NCBI RefSeq assembly: GCF_000181795.1
Contig: NW_003526940.1
Coordinates: 150,610-214,609, forward strand
DNA length: 64,000 bases
From: Trichinella spiralis
Lineage: Eukaryota
Reading direction: 5' to 3'
In this document: one piece after another, positions 25,153-39,254 of the stretch
Numbering within the stretch: the stretch's first letter is position 1
How the letters are laid out: each line of letters starts with the position of its first letter
Made by a program: the position numbers and the translations under genes
Notes under the pieces: generated by a model
What the model saw: the letters and a program-made list of their open reading frames with translations, nothing else
Told to the model about the DNA's origin: nothing
Databases searched by the model: none

Positions 25153-28100
25153 CTATAAAAATGTAACCGTCATGGGTAGATTTAGATCTCAACACCAGTT
25201 CAACTCCTTCTTCAAATGTTTGCACTAAATGCTCTGACATGCTGCGATACATCTGGGTATAAAAATCTTCCATTGGATAATCCCACACTGCATATGCAAT
25301 TCGTTGTAAAGGTGACATAGAAATGTTTGGATTTAGGTTATCAGAAATGCTATAAAACAAAATTGTGATGATTCGTGAATAATTCTGAATTTTACACTTT
25401 ATTATGTACTATTGATTTTTCTACCTCATTATACAAAAAATTCCATTTTATACAAAGAATTAAAAAGGAAATGTTATAACTAAAATTTTATAAAATAAAA
25501 GTTGACAATAAATATTTTCACAACTTACTGTTACAAATTGTTTAACTTATTTGTTTGAAATTTTTATCTTCACATTCATATACCTGTAAAATCTTTGTTC
25601 TATTTCCATCATTCTTAGGAAATAACGTTCAATAAATGAATTATTCACAATTGTGTACTTTAATTTTGTTTGCTTTCCCAAATCTTCAATTGTCTTGATT
25701 GAAAAATCAGAGTGTGATACGGTAAAAAAGGCAGCCAAGTTTGCAGTGTAAGAAGCAAGAACAATAAATCCAAAAAGCCACCAAGTTACAGCTATGAGAC
25801 GGCCACTCAAATTTCTAGGTGTGTCACCTCCACCTGCAGCAAATGTTTATGAATATTTATAGTTTATGCAATAAAGTTAACCAAGCTCTTTAGCAATTCT
25901 CTGTAGTGAAAAACTAAATAGTGAAAAACATGAACTAGTGTGACTTATCTACTGCCTGTTTGAAGTATCACAGAAGTTCCATTATTATTTAATTTGTAAT
26001 GAAGTTTTAACGTTTTTTAAGTAGTTTATTGAATACAATTTCCACAGAATTTAGAATATTATTGCATAAATTAAATAAAACTTTATTTCAGCTTACCTTG
26101 AGGTGTCATAGTTGCCAGACAGTACCAAAAGCTGTGCTTCAATGTGAATTCACAGTGTTGAGAATCATTTAAATATTTTGCTTTATTATTCGTAACGCTG
26201 TATGGACTAAATTTATCAAACACCCAAATTAAAAAGCTAGTTAAAAAATATGCCCCAAAAATGCATATCCATAAACTTGTGTCGATTATAGATAAAAATC
26301 TGAAGAAAGAATCAGTTGAGTGCGAACGTTTGGCAAGCATACGGAAGCCAATCAAATCATAATGAGGAATAGTAAAATCTAGAATTTCTTCTCTTGAAAA
26401 AGTTACTTTTATTGCTCCAATTGCAAAATCAATAACCTACATTTAAAAGAAACATCCAATAAAATTAATGAACAGAGTAACGTTGAATAAATAAATAATC
26501 AGTCAATTAACTTATTCATAAAAGCATAAAAAATGGAAAACAAAAATGAAAAAAAGCATTTAAATTAAATTAAATTGAACATTCTAATTGAAATTTACAA
26601 TTTCAGTTGATGTGATTAAATATGCAAAACTTTAAAATAAATTCAAAATAAAAATACTGCATTAATCAATGTAGTTATATAAATTAAAATTAAATGCTAT
26701 TTGCGTCATCTTCTTGATTCTTAAAATCATCTTCTCTAGGCATCTTAAGTATAATTAGCTGGTCTATAATCATAATAACAATAATAAAGCTTACTCTATG
26801 ATTACGTGCTAATTAGAACTCTATTATGTGGTAATAATTGATCTTATAAGAAATATACACAAATAATACATTTTTGACCTAAAGCTGTTAGTCATTTATC
26901 ATTTTGTTTTCAACAATATTAATTATATGATATAATACAATATCATATTATATCATAACATATCATAATAATTGTGACTTTTGCATTTCTATAGAATAAT
27001 GCTTTAGGAATACATGAAATTCACTTACCCCACGCTGAAGATCTCCAGCGAGTCCACTCCATCTCCCTAATTCATTTACTGAGCCGAATTCTTCATTTGT
27101 ATAATCGACGTATTCACAAGTAAAATTAAGATACTCGGCTATCGCTTCCAGCACATCAATGCAATAACCTCCCAATTTGTACGACCCATCATCATCTTGG
27201 TATTCAACAATAAACGGATCTTCCTGGATACATAAGACATGCAATAATACATGCAAGCTGAACACATTAAATCATAGCGCTTTACTTTAATGAACCCTAC
27301 GCGATAATGATTTTTCTCAACACTTTCTTTTGTAGGATCAATTTCAGCATATGGCTGAATTTCTTTTAACACTGACCAAACGCCTGCCTAAATTACTTTA
27401 TAAATACTTGGTTTCTCTTTTTTCATAACCATATGTACTCTATATAATAAGAGCTTTTTTTCTCTCTTCTTTATCGTTATTAGCTGAGCTCGAGAGTTTT
27501 GAAAAATTTGCTTTTGGGCATACGGTATGAAATTGCCAGATTTAGAAAGCAGGTTATACTAAAACATATCATGCTTAAATACAGATATTACACAACCCAC
27601 GTAAAACATACAAATTCAGTGTGTTAAAATATTATTTTAAAAATTGGTAAATGAAAATTTTATTTAACAAAAACTCATTTTAAAATTATTGCAGCTAAAT
27701 TTGAAACCAGTCAGTAAAAAGCAAAACTGCAATAAAAGAGTAAGAAGCAAATGAAAGTTAGTTAAATTATTAAATAAAATTTTAGTATAAAAAGTCATCG
27801 CATAGCAACTAGAAAGTTGCATAAAGTCATTACAAAATTTATACAAAAAATTTCTGTTCAAAAAAAGCACATGCTACTTTATAAGTAATATAAAAATGCA
27901 ATTGCATTACCTCTCTGATGATTTCAGGTATTTCACGAATGGCATGTTTTCTGTATTTTCCTGTTAAACTTGAGCTGCCATTTACCTTCATTTTCTTACT
28001 AAAATATGTGGAACATATGGAACACAGATCGTAGTAAAACACTCCTTCTACCTAAACATTCTAATTAAATTTTCAAATAGAATATAATTCAAATAGATAT

Positions 28101-29958
28101 TGCAACTCACATCACTGAGAATGCCTACAGCATTTGTCATTGTAGATGACTTTTTCAACCAAAGCAAAAATTTGTTCCATTGATGCAAATTTTTGCTATA
28201 ATCTGCATATATCCACAGAACTGATGCATTTAGATGCTTTTTTTTATATAAAACTGAGTCCTAAGAATGTTGTTAACACTTAAAAAACACAAAATAAATG
28301 AATTTTATCATAAACACTGAAATCAATATGGAAATAAAGACTTACTGCTGTTATAGCAACCCATTGAATATTGCCTTTTTTATTTGCCATTGTTACTACT
28401 TCATTAATGAATAATTCCAATGACGATGCATTGGCAAGAAACATCACGCTTATTAATTCATTTTCTCCAGCATGTTGAATAATAGTATCAATCATTATAC
28501 TTGATTCAAATTGTAATGGCTCATAAATTGTTTTGTTTGAAATATATTTTTCAATTATTCCTAAAACCAATTTGCATTATATTAGTGTTTATAGTTATTT
28601 TTACTTTATTTTACTTTACTTACTGTATGAGTAGTCATAAAAAATTAATGTCAAATTTGCTTTCAGATTTTTTTGCAGACTTTTTATTATATTCATGTAG
28701 CTTGTCATTCCAGGAACAACATTCATAAATGGTCTTCCAGAAAAATTATTATCTAATGAAGTGAAATAAAAATATTTATGCATTCCTTTTTAGCTCTTTC
28801 AATTCAGAAGTGAAATTTTTAAAAATCACATGTTCATACTCAAAGAATAGGACAATTTTAAAATAAAAATACGATAAAAATTTAACTGTTTGCTGCACCG
28901 TATTTTAAAACATGTTTATGCATTTTTAAATATATTTAAATTTAAATAGCGGTTAAAATTAAGATTTTTAAGCAGCAAAGATAAAATTTTGTTGTTTAAT
29001 GTCATTTTACTATTTATTCATTTACCTTTATCTGAAGAGTCATATTCCCAAAATCCAACGTAGAACTGTACCGTAGGAATAATTAATGATTTCGCTTCAT
29101 TTTGCAGCAAATCAACAACTTGAAGATCATTTGAAAAGCTATATATCCAATCCACAGAAGTATTATTCAATGCAGTAGAAACTAAATTCATTTTAATTAA
29201 AAATGAAAAAGACAAAAAAATGCATATACGCATTTAGTGCACTGTTTGTCAGAATAAAATAAACTTAGTCAGTTTACAATTTATAATAAAAGTTATCAAC
29301 ATTCTCTCTATCAAATAATGCATAAACAATTTGCAATTAAAAAGCTTGATTATTATGGGTGTTATGTTAAATGAACTTAAACTTAAATGTTATGTTAAAA
29401 TGTTAAAATTGCAACTGTATAATGCACTTCTGAGCATTAAAATACTCATAAAATTATATCAATCTTCATTAATTTTATGGCACAGTCAAATATTTTGCAC
29501 CCAATAGTTTTAAGATGCCCATGAATAGCATATGTGGAAGATTCTCATTACTTATGTCTTTATAATTATTTTCTGGCAATAACAACGTAGTAACTTTTGT
29601 ATTTGGAATCAAATACTTAATCAATTCTTCTAGAACTGGTACTGCGTGATGTTCATTGCTGTGAACGTCGTCAAATATTACTAAAAATTCAATAAATTAT
29701 CATTTGAAAATTAAATAGAGGAAAACAACAAATCAAAAACCATCATTGCTTCATGTAAAAAATGAATATCAAAAAAAAATTTTTTAAGTAAGTAACTTAA
29801 AAATAGAGACAGAAGAAGAACAATCAAGGGTCAACAAATGATTCAATTACAACAAAAAGTTCTTTGATGCTTATGACAACAGACTTACGAATATGATTAT
29901 TTAACGGAACAGAATGTTTGAAACTGGTAAACCACAATAAACAAAAAAACAAATGCAT
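25153..29958 (-). CDS. Ionotropic receptor of the IR25a/GLR-7 clade; 3' exons (end of S2, M4, C-tail) not found
   Basis: Candidate first exon [17 protein letters not shown]1: [49 protein letters not shown]1-M3: [69 protein letters not shown]. The IR25a-type S2 insert reads [10 protein letters not shown]...AVWDYP. Last visible donor at 25151-25152. Confidence 0.9.
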
Positions 29959-32900
29959 GTTTAGCACAATAGAGAATAGCAGAATGAGCAGAACAAAAGT
30001 TAATATAAACAGCAAAAAGATCTGCTTATAAGACAAATTGAAAAGCAGTCACATTAATTGATTTTGCATTAATTATTGATATATATATATATATATACAA
30101 CTATAGCAAAACGTTTATTTTATTAACTTTTCATCACGTAATTGCATTACATGATAACTGCAATTCGTCATCACTTGATCCAAATGGTATTAAATAATTC
30201 CTTCCCATCTTTTAAAAGAAAAAATTTGTATCTTATTTACGCATTAACATAATATTAATATTAATAAACTTCGAAGAACAAAAGAGTTTAAAAAGTTTTA
30301 AAATAAAAATAGGATATTGCAAAATATTTATTTTGTATCTCATATTTAATTTTTTAAGTTTCTAATTTTGAAAAAATATTAAAATTATTATCATCATAAA
30401 TTAAATAAATAAGTTAAATAACTAAGTTAAAGTTATAAATAAGTTAAAGTTAAATAACATAAATCATAAGTTATCATATCATCTTTATTATTACCATGAA
30501 AAACAGCAAACTACCAAAGTTTTACTAATTCTGTTTTTACAATGTCTGCCATCATATTTTGTGCGTTTATATTTACTATTTATAAAGCATCATTTCATAT
30601 TTAATTTCAACTTATTTCAATAAAAGCGCAGAAAAATAATTGATGCTCCTATTGTACAAATACAAAAAGATTTTAAAGTTCATTTAATTCATTTTTACGC
30701 TTTGGAGACTCATGCAAAGTTGCAAATAATGTTTTTTATTTAAAATTCATTTCATGAAAGTTTAATTAAGAAACACGAAATGTCTAACTCAAAAACTGAA
30801 CTTCACATGAAAAGTTTGCATATAAAATATAAAGCTGATTAAAGAATTGATATAGCTACACATTATTTTTATATAAATAGCAAGAATTTCTTGTTTTAAA
30901 AGCCTTTTATAAGGCAACAATTACTTCTGATCATTAATAATTTCTTTGTTCAAAACTGGTACTTCGTGTTCAATAAATACTTCAGCGTTGTTAAATACTA
31001 TGAAAAGCTTGTGGTCAAAACACTTTGGAATTTTGAATACGCTGCATAACATTAATTTATAAAAGTCACACATATCAATAATTATTGAAATGTCGGTTTA
31101 AACTTTCAGTATAAAAGGTGTTTTAGCTTGTATGTAGTATCTATTAAAGTATGCATATAGACAATACCATTTTTATTTTTCAAATAATTTCAATTTCTCT
31201 GCAAATAAAACAGCTATATTAATAATTTACAGATTATCAATGTTACGAAAGAATATCAGAATGGATATAAAGTCTCTAAAAATAAAATACAATGAAAAAT
31301 ATTTTTCATCCTTTCAATGATAGAACATTTTTATTGAAAAGCATAATTAAAAAATGTATTACACATTCAAGTTCAATAAACAAATATTATTGTAAGCATC
31401 AAAAAGAGAAAAGCTTCCATTTTGGTAAATTTATATAAGCTATCCGTTAATTGTATGTTCATTTTAGAAATTTCTAATTTTTGTTTCATGCATTACGTTG
31501 TTCTGTTGATTTGATTTCTATTCTATCGTTCATGTTTTACTAATCGGTTTTCTTGAAGGCAATTTGGACGCGTCTTAAATTCGATTCTCTGTGTACCAAT
31601 CTCTCAATGTTCGTGAGTATTCTGCTATCAGTGCAATCTCTCCACTGTTATCCAGTTGCGTCAGTTTTGTTTGACTTGACGTTATAATTCTAATTCTCTT
31701 CTTATACAACAGTAAACTGTATTCTTGATTTGATAGGTTTACGTAAACAACTAATTTTTAAGCAAGTACAAATAAAACTATATTCTTTTATACAGTGCAC
31801 TCTGCATATGTAATTAATATGCAAGCACATTTTCTTACTTTATAAACACTTGATTCATGAGCAGTTTACTGAACAAAGCCATTCTATTTGTATCTTTTCC
31901 GTACCTCTACATTTACAGATTTACAGTATTCTATACTATCTACAAGGTGAACTTACAAATAACATTCGTAGCAGCATTTAGCATTAGCATTAATATTCAA
32001 CTTGAACGCTTCAATATACATAAATTAAATAAACAGTAAAATTACATTTAATAAATCAACATGATCTAAACTTATTTGTAATGAATGATTTGATTATCAA
32101 ATTCACAACTTGCTTTTATTTAAAGAGTCATAACCAACGTATTCCACAGTAAATAATGCTGATTCTAACAATAAAGTTATCAAAAAATTAATAAACAAAA
32201 TTAAAAATCATTTAGCAGTAATCTTAAAATCTCTGTGTTTTTCTAAATCGGTGGTACTGAAATAAAAACAACATAACATTGTAAAACAATAAGTAATTGC
32301 TGATCAAATAAGAGCTAAAGATTAGTCGTTGTAACAGCGATGAAAATTTATAAAGAAATGTGCTGCTTTTAATGTAAAGAGTTACTGTAATAGAAAGAAA
32401 TTATTAATAAAAATGTTAAAATGTCTGTTTTACTAAATTAGTTGGCGCATAAATTCCAATGAAATCGTTTGATTCAGTTTTCTTAAGTTTTTGATCACTA
32501 CAGTCTGCATGAATAATAATAAGCTGCTAGATATTGTTCGAAAATATAATTTAAAATTATTGAAATTATCTTTAATTTGAAATTACAGAAGTAAAATTAA
32601 AAGAATGCATGGATGCTTCACATTTTGAACTTATAGCCGATATTCATTCAATAAAGTATTTATTAACTGTACCATTAAACTTTATTTGAAATTTTTTTGC
32701 AAGTTTAAAATATTCAATATCCAGCATGCTGTTTGCTATCTTATATTTTATCAAGCTTTTTACTCTGACATTATTCGTATTTTATAAATAATTATTAATT
32801 AAAATGAATTGTAATGGTGTTTTTCATTATATTTTAAAGAATTGATTCGATTATTTATTGATGGGATAAAAGACATTAAGCATTAAATAGGATAATAGCA

Positions 32901-35900
32901 CTTTAACAATATTAGAAATCGATACATTTTTAAGTAGAATGTAAGAAAGATTTTAAAAAATGTTTCACTCTTTAATTTTTATCCAAACAACTGAAGTTCT
33001 AGTAATTTTAAACGATGCATTTGAGAAAAATCCAACAGCTGCATACCATGATTTATGATGCGGTGATGATCAAACATTGGCACCGTAGTGAATTGTACAA
33101 CCCGTTTTAGCGGCATTTTCACAAAGAGGGGTTATTGATAATAAATAACATAAATGATACTCATTTGAAACTTCACATGGCAATTAAAAAGACATAAAAT
33201 CGTTTTATTGTTACAATATAAGTTTTCATCAAAATAAAAGAATGTCAATTAAAACATTTTTATGCTCAAAAATTAAGTGAAGAAAATTTTTTGATAGCAT
33301 AAAATTTGTTGAAAAGTACTGCATCTTGACATATAAATATTGTTCATATCATTACGCTTAAGAAAGCTGAACTTATAAAGAAACTACACTTTATGCTCAT
33401 AAATGTTAAAATCTTATCTTATAAAAATGCCTAGAGACACAAAATAAGAATGTCTAACATTTTATACAGTTTTTTTATGTTATTGTTGATTACCCTACAA
33501 AGCAATGAAACAATATGCTAAAAGTTAATTCCTACTCAAAAGCAATTTTTAGCTCAATTATTTATTTCTAAACACTCTAATTTTAAATAGTTATTTCCAC
33601 TTTAATCGTTATAACTTAAGCATGCAACATTGTGCAATAACAAAATGATACGTTAAGTTGCAACATAAAGCAGTGGCTGAAATGCAACATTAATAAATGT
33701 TACATTAAACCATGGCTTTATATCTAAATCATATGTTCTGTAACTTTTGCATAATCAAATTCTTGAAATATATATTTTTCTAAATATCTTTATAGGAATT
33801 GTTAGAAGTTTCAGTTTGTAGTTCATTTTATCAGCGGTTTTATCTTACAGTTATATAATATCGCTGTTTGCTATTTCAGTTAATACTTTTTATTTATAAG
33901 TTTATTCGAAAGTAAATGCGTTTACGGCTTGGTTGGCAGTAAGACTGATTTACACCACTGATTTGTAGATTTGCTTTTTTCTTGTGTTCTTTTTTCTACA
34001 TCTGTCAATCAATCTTCTGCCGTAGTTTTCAAGATCAGTCCATCCTAAGAAATGCTGCTGCTCACGCCTATTTTACAATGCCAGACAAATGTGTTATGCT
34101 TATTCGTTCTTGGTTGAATGTAACAACGTTATTAAGCTATGCTTATTGGAAAACTTTCAATAAATGATTAACAATTAATGGATAAAATTAACATCGATTG
34201 ATGATCACTTTGTCATTGTTTCAATATCTTCTTGCTCCATTATATGCAAATTTAATGTAATATATATAAATATGTATAGTTGAATTTGTTCATATTTTTC
34301 TTGCGTAACTTTCAATTGCATATTTTAAAATATATTTTTCCTTATTACGATTCTTTTGATTCAGTTAACATTTTACATTAATTACTATTAAAAACTTTAT
34401 ATTGATTTGTATTATTATTATTATATTATAGTTAAAGTTATTGTAAAACATGCATGAATTCAGAATGCTAAAAGTTATTGTGAAAGAAGAAAACGTATTT
34501 CAAGCGAGGGAAATTCAGCAGATTAATTATGGATAAATTTATACGTTAAACAGTGAACAGAAGGATGAAAGATTCATTTTCCTTATTTGAAGTCAAAGAT
34601 CTTCAACGTCAAACGAATCGGCGTCAATGATGATGATTGACTAGCTTGTTTTGAGCTTTTCTAACAATTGCTAGCGTTCGGTTGAGGTCAGCGCAATTTT
34701 GGGTCGGTCGCCTGAAACGCGATTATCCTCCTCATTATCTGAAAATTTTCGACCTGAACGTAAAAGTTCGATTTGTGCATTCGAAGCAAAAATAATAAGC
34801 CCAACACATTTCGGTCGACTGAGCTGAAATGGTCAAAAGAAGAAAAGACGCTTTTGATTTCCCATATTGTTAGCTAAAACCGCTGGCTTCACAAATAACT
34901 GAATTTTGATTCAATTTTTTTTGAATATTTCAATATTTTGATCTTCATTTTCATCGCTTATCTATGAAGAACAGCAACACTTACTGTCAATCAGTGTATA
35001 CACATTTACTTATTGTTCAATTTATTCGATGAAAAGCATCAACTTATTTGCATTTGTGAAAAATTAAAAAATGCTCATTTATGAATTTTTTAAATTCCAT
35101 ATACATCCCAATTTAGAAGCAATATTGTAAATTTTTAAACTTTTAGCAACAAAGTGAACATCTGAATTCGTGTAGTTCGTAATTGAATCACTTTTATTGA
35201 AAGGAATACTGTTGCGATTGAAACCAAAGATGAACACCGCGGAAAAGCTTGTTTTCGAACAATATGCATGTATAAACAGTTGCTGAAAGCTTAGTAAAGC
35301 CATGTTGACAGTGAGTAGTTCTTCCATTGAGCATGAAGCGGACTTGAAAAGCAAACATTACCCGGTTCCAATGCTTGCTTCTGGCTTTTATCTGAACGAC
35401 TCAGAGGCAAGCAGCGTTTGCAACGGCAACCAGTGTGGTGCATTTTTCAACACAGTTGACCAAACTGTTACTTTCTGACTTGGACAATATTGACATTTTC
35501 TGTGGTCGTCAATAAAATACACACGCAAAATTGGAATTGATAACCGATGCATGCAGTAATAATTGTACTGTATTTACTTACTTTCAGCAACGCATTGTTA
35601 TTTGAAATAACCAATAAATAAATTTTAAAAAAATGGTTTTCAGTTCTTTTAGAACATATTTATTTTTACAAAAACACTATGCACACAATTTGTCGACAAA
35701 ATTTTTTTTGAAATTTCAGTTTCTGTAACTTATATCAATTACTCTATTTATCAAGAGTGAGAATCATTGATTGACCTTTAATAACAAATTTCAATCTGAT
35801 TTTTAAGCTTCATCGTGGTCGATGGTAGCTTTCAAGGATTGAAAACAATCAGAAATTTGTTGTTTCCCGGCCGTGAGTAATTAAAATGTGCTTGTTTGCA

Positions 35901-37648
35901 TGATGTGAATGAAGTTCGCCAAAAACAAACAAAGCGAATCGATGGTACACAATTTGTTAAAGCTGTTTGACTACTTATGCAAATGATGCAATCAAAAATA
36001 AAACAGTGTACTCTTTGAGAATAATTAAATAACAGAACAACAATAATAATTGATCCATTACAGTAGTGCTGAAAAAAAAGAATACTAGCATATGTGCTTA
36101 CGCTTTCCTTTTTTGATAAGCATTTTCAAAACTGAAGCTAATAAAAAGAATTATTTCAAAATACGTTTCATCAAACAAAGTGACAATCCCGTTCATGTAT
36201 GCATATTTATTTATTGGTGTTCAATAATAATAATGAGCTTTGATTTGACAAATTTTTTTGCTTTCCTACTTTTTTGTCTTCCATACTTGAATAATATATA
36301 TACAAGCTGAAAAGAGCAGTTTACACAAATGATTCTAAATATGCATCTTCCAAGAAACATCATCAAGTGTGATGATTTTTTAAGCATAAGATGAATAAGA
36401 AAGAAAGAAAGAAAGAAAAGAACAAAAATTCACATCTACGACATTTCATTTAAAAAAACGGTGCCATTTCAGAAAGAGAGAGAGAGAGAGAGACAAATCG
36501 GTTCATTCAAAAAACACATCAACACGATAAACTTCGTTTTTTCTGAAGTTGAAAGCAATCTGTAAATATTCCTGAAAAATTCCCTGCCCAAAAACAAGCA
36601 CAATGTTCAAAATAAAACGCACTGATGATAAAGGAAAAAACTTGCAGAAGAAATACGATAGAAAATAATAATAAAGTATAGATAATGAAATTCTTTTTTT
36701 TTGAATTTTTTAGCGCTCGTATTTTCAAACCAGTCCGTACAGACTTCGTCTGAGATCGACGGAAACCAGCGTCGAGATAAAGAAAGAGAACTGCTGAAAA
36801 TTGAACATCCAGTTAAAAGAATAGCCACTGCTGATGACAAGTACGCATGGCACAGTTGCTCAACAGCAGGATACCCAAAACTGCCGTCTGTGTGTGTACA
36901 TCTGGCGGAGTCAAATGGATCTTGGGGCACTTGATTGCGGATGAATTTTTTACTGCCAACGACCGACAGACAACACAACAGGGGTCATCGAGGGGGAAGA
37001 GCAGAAAAAATCCAAGCTTGCCAAAAAAACAATATCCCAAGCTTCTGCCTGCCTGCTGCTGCTGGTGCACACACGCGTGTCCAAGCTTGCTGCAATCATC
37101 GGTGCTTGCTTGGCAAGCGACCGCCCTGATGGATGACCAACGTTTTTTAATTTCAGTTTTTTCTTTCAAACAAACGAACAAACTGAACTGAATGAACGTT
37201 ACTCACACTAACACACACAGAAAACGAATGACAGAATAAAAACAGCATCATTCTCGTTGCACACAGCTTTTTCATTTTTTTAAGTAAACAAGCACCGCGA
37301 TGCAAAGAAAAGTACAAGGGGAAAAATAGACAACGAATGTTGTTGTAAACAAACAAAAAAAAATGCTGCAACGATCTGACCATGATTTTTTACAGACCAT
37401 ATACATACATATATACATATATGGCGACTAGCTGCTACCCATATATATAGTTGGAATTCAAAAAGAAAATAAAGGAAATGAAGAAAAAAAAGAAAAGAAT
37501 CGTTTGTTTGTCACTGAGCTAGATGTTCGCCAACACTCGGATTTGGTAATATTTCCAAAGGAAGAAAAAGAACGCGGACACGCTGAAAACGACAGCTATA
37601 CTGTTATTATTCATCAGGAGCTGCTTTAGGGAAAATGCGAAAAACAAA

Positions 37649-37649
37649 T

Positions 37650-37702
<53 letters not shown>
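37649..37702. repeat. (TG)n microsatellite
   Basis: Direct observation. Confidence 0.95.
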
Positions 37703-37703
<1 letters not shown>

Positions 37704-38604
37704 ATGTGTCATTCACCCTCTCTTGTGAACAGATGAGGACTGTGATCACACACACATGTACAAAGATGGGAAAGGAAAAAAGGAAAAATACGGAACAGTA
37801 GAATGTGAGCGGAACACAGCGGCTGCGGAAAAAGAAAAATACATTTCGTCGTAATATTAGTTCAAACAAACAATTTTGAACATCACAAAATGATACTACC
37901 AACATACAAACATATATATATATATGCCTTTATACAAATATACGCTGGATTACTTGACATAAAATGATGAAACAAAACAACACTGCAAACTAACCACACT
38001 TAATAATGTGGAGAAAAAAAGGAAATGTTCTGTTTGCTCGCATCATATTGGCATGAAACAGTTAATACAGATCCACTAAAAACATTTACCCACATACACA
38101 CACACACACATACATACACACAGATACACATGAACACAACAACGACGACAACTACAACAACAACAGTAATAATAATAACAACATGCAAAAAGCAGTGGTG
38201 ACCGTACATTCGCTGCTGTTCGGCGCTAAACATATATAACCTTGCAAAGCAAAAACAGCCGATGTGGAAAATTTTGAAAAAACACCGTATAAAGGCGATA
38301 TAAGCAAAAATATCTATCTCTATCTACCTAGCCAGCAACGCATGCATGCAAATTGCATTGTTCTTTGTCATTGCTGCTGCTGCTGCTGTTGCTACTGTTG
38401 GTGATCAGGGTGTTGTTTTTGTCTGGGATAATAAGATAAGGCCGGAGGTTCTGCTTTGTAACAAATGGAAAAAAGCAAAAACACATGTGCAATACATGTG
38501 TACGGCCGAAAAAATGACCAAAATTCAGAGATCGATGCACACCGCTGCATCATCAAATAAAGCGTCAGCAGAACGTAACCCACATAACGAAAAAACAGTA
38601 CTCT

Positions 38605-38621
38605 ATATATGTATATATATG

Positions 38622-38659
<38 letters not shown>

Positions 38660-38726
38660 AGGAGAGATAAAGAGAAAGAGGGAAAGAAAGAGAGAAAGAG
38701 AGAGAGAGAGAGAAAGAGAGAGGGAG
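38605..38726. repeat. Compound (TA)n/(GA)n microsatellite
   Basis: Direct observation. Confidence 0.9.
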
Positions 38727-39254
38727 AAAAAATTGGTACAACTTTCAGAAATTATTTTCAAAGAGGATCATTTTTTTAAGTAATTTTTTGGGGTGAATAA
38801 AGACTGGAAAAAATAATTCAGGGGAAAGGAGACAAGAGTAAAGAAGAAACAAAAATAACCACACATTTTTTTAAATTCTGCATGAGAGTTCAAATAAAAA
38901 TGTAAATAAAGACCCACGTATGCAATACAAACGGATGAATTAAAAATCAGTAATTTTTTTTTGTAACTTATCTTCAAATTCAACACCTTGACTGAACAAT
39001 ATTAGTGGGAAAATGACGCGGACAGAAACAAACATTTGAACACGTAGTAGCGCGAATGGGAAAGGAAACAAAGGGATGTAAGACCAAAAAAAAAGAAAAA
39101 ATGAACGGAATCGGGGATGTAAAAAAATGGTCGAGGATAAAATACAGCTACGTATATGAATGAACTGGGATTAAAAAAATTGAATTGAATTGCACAAAAC
39201 GAGAGAGGCCGCAGTGTTTGCTTGCTTCTTGAGCAATGATCAAATCAAATCAAA

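Noticed and set aside
24893..25228. ORFs with (YYTIL)n repeats
   Set aside because: Translation of the TATAC microsatellite; not a gene.
31480..31740. Strand-biased coding-like stretch
   Set aside because: Stops in all frames; no motif or splice support.
34560..35510. Possible minus-strand exons (including ORF 35079-35354)
   Set aside because: Could not be joined into a credible ORF; no homology recognised.
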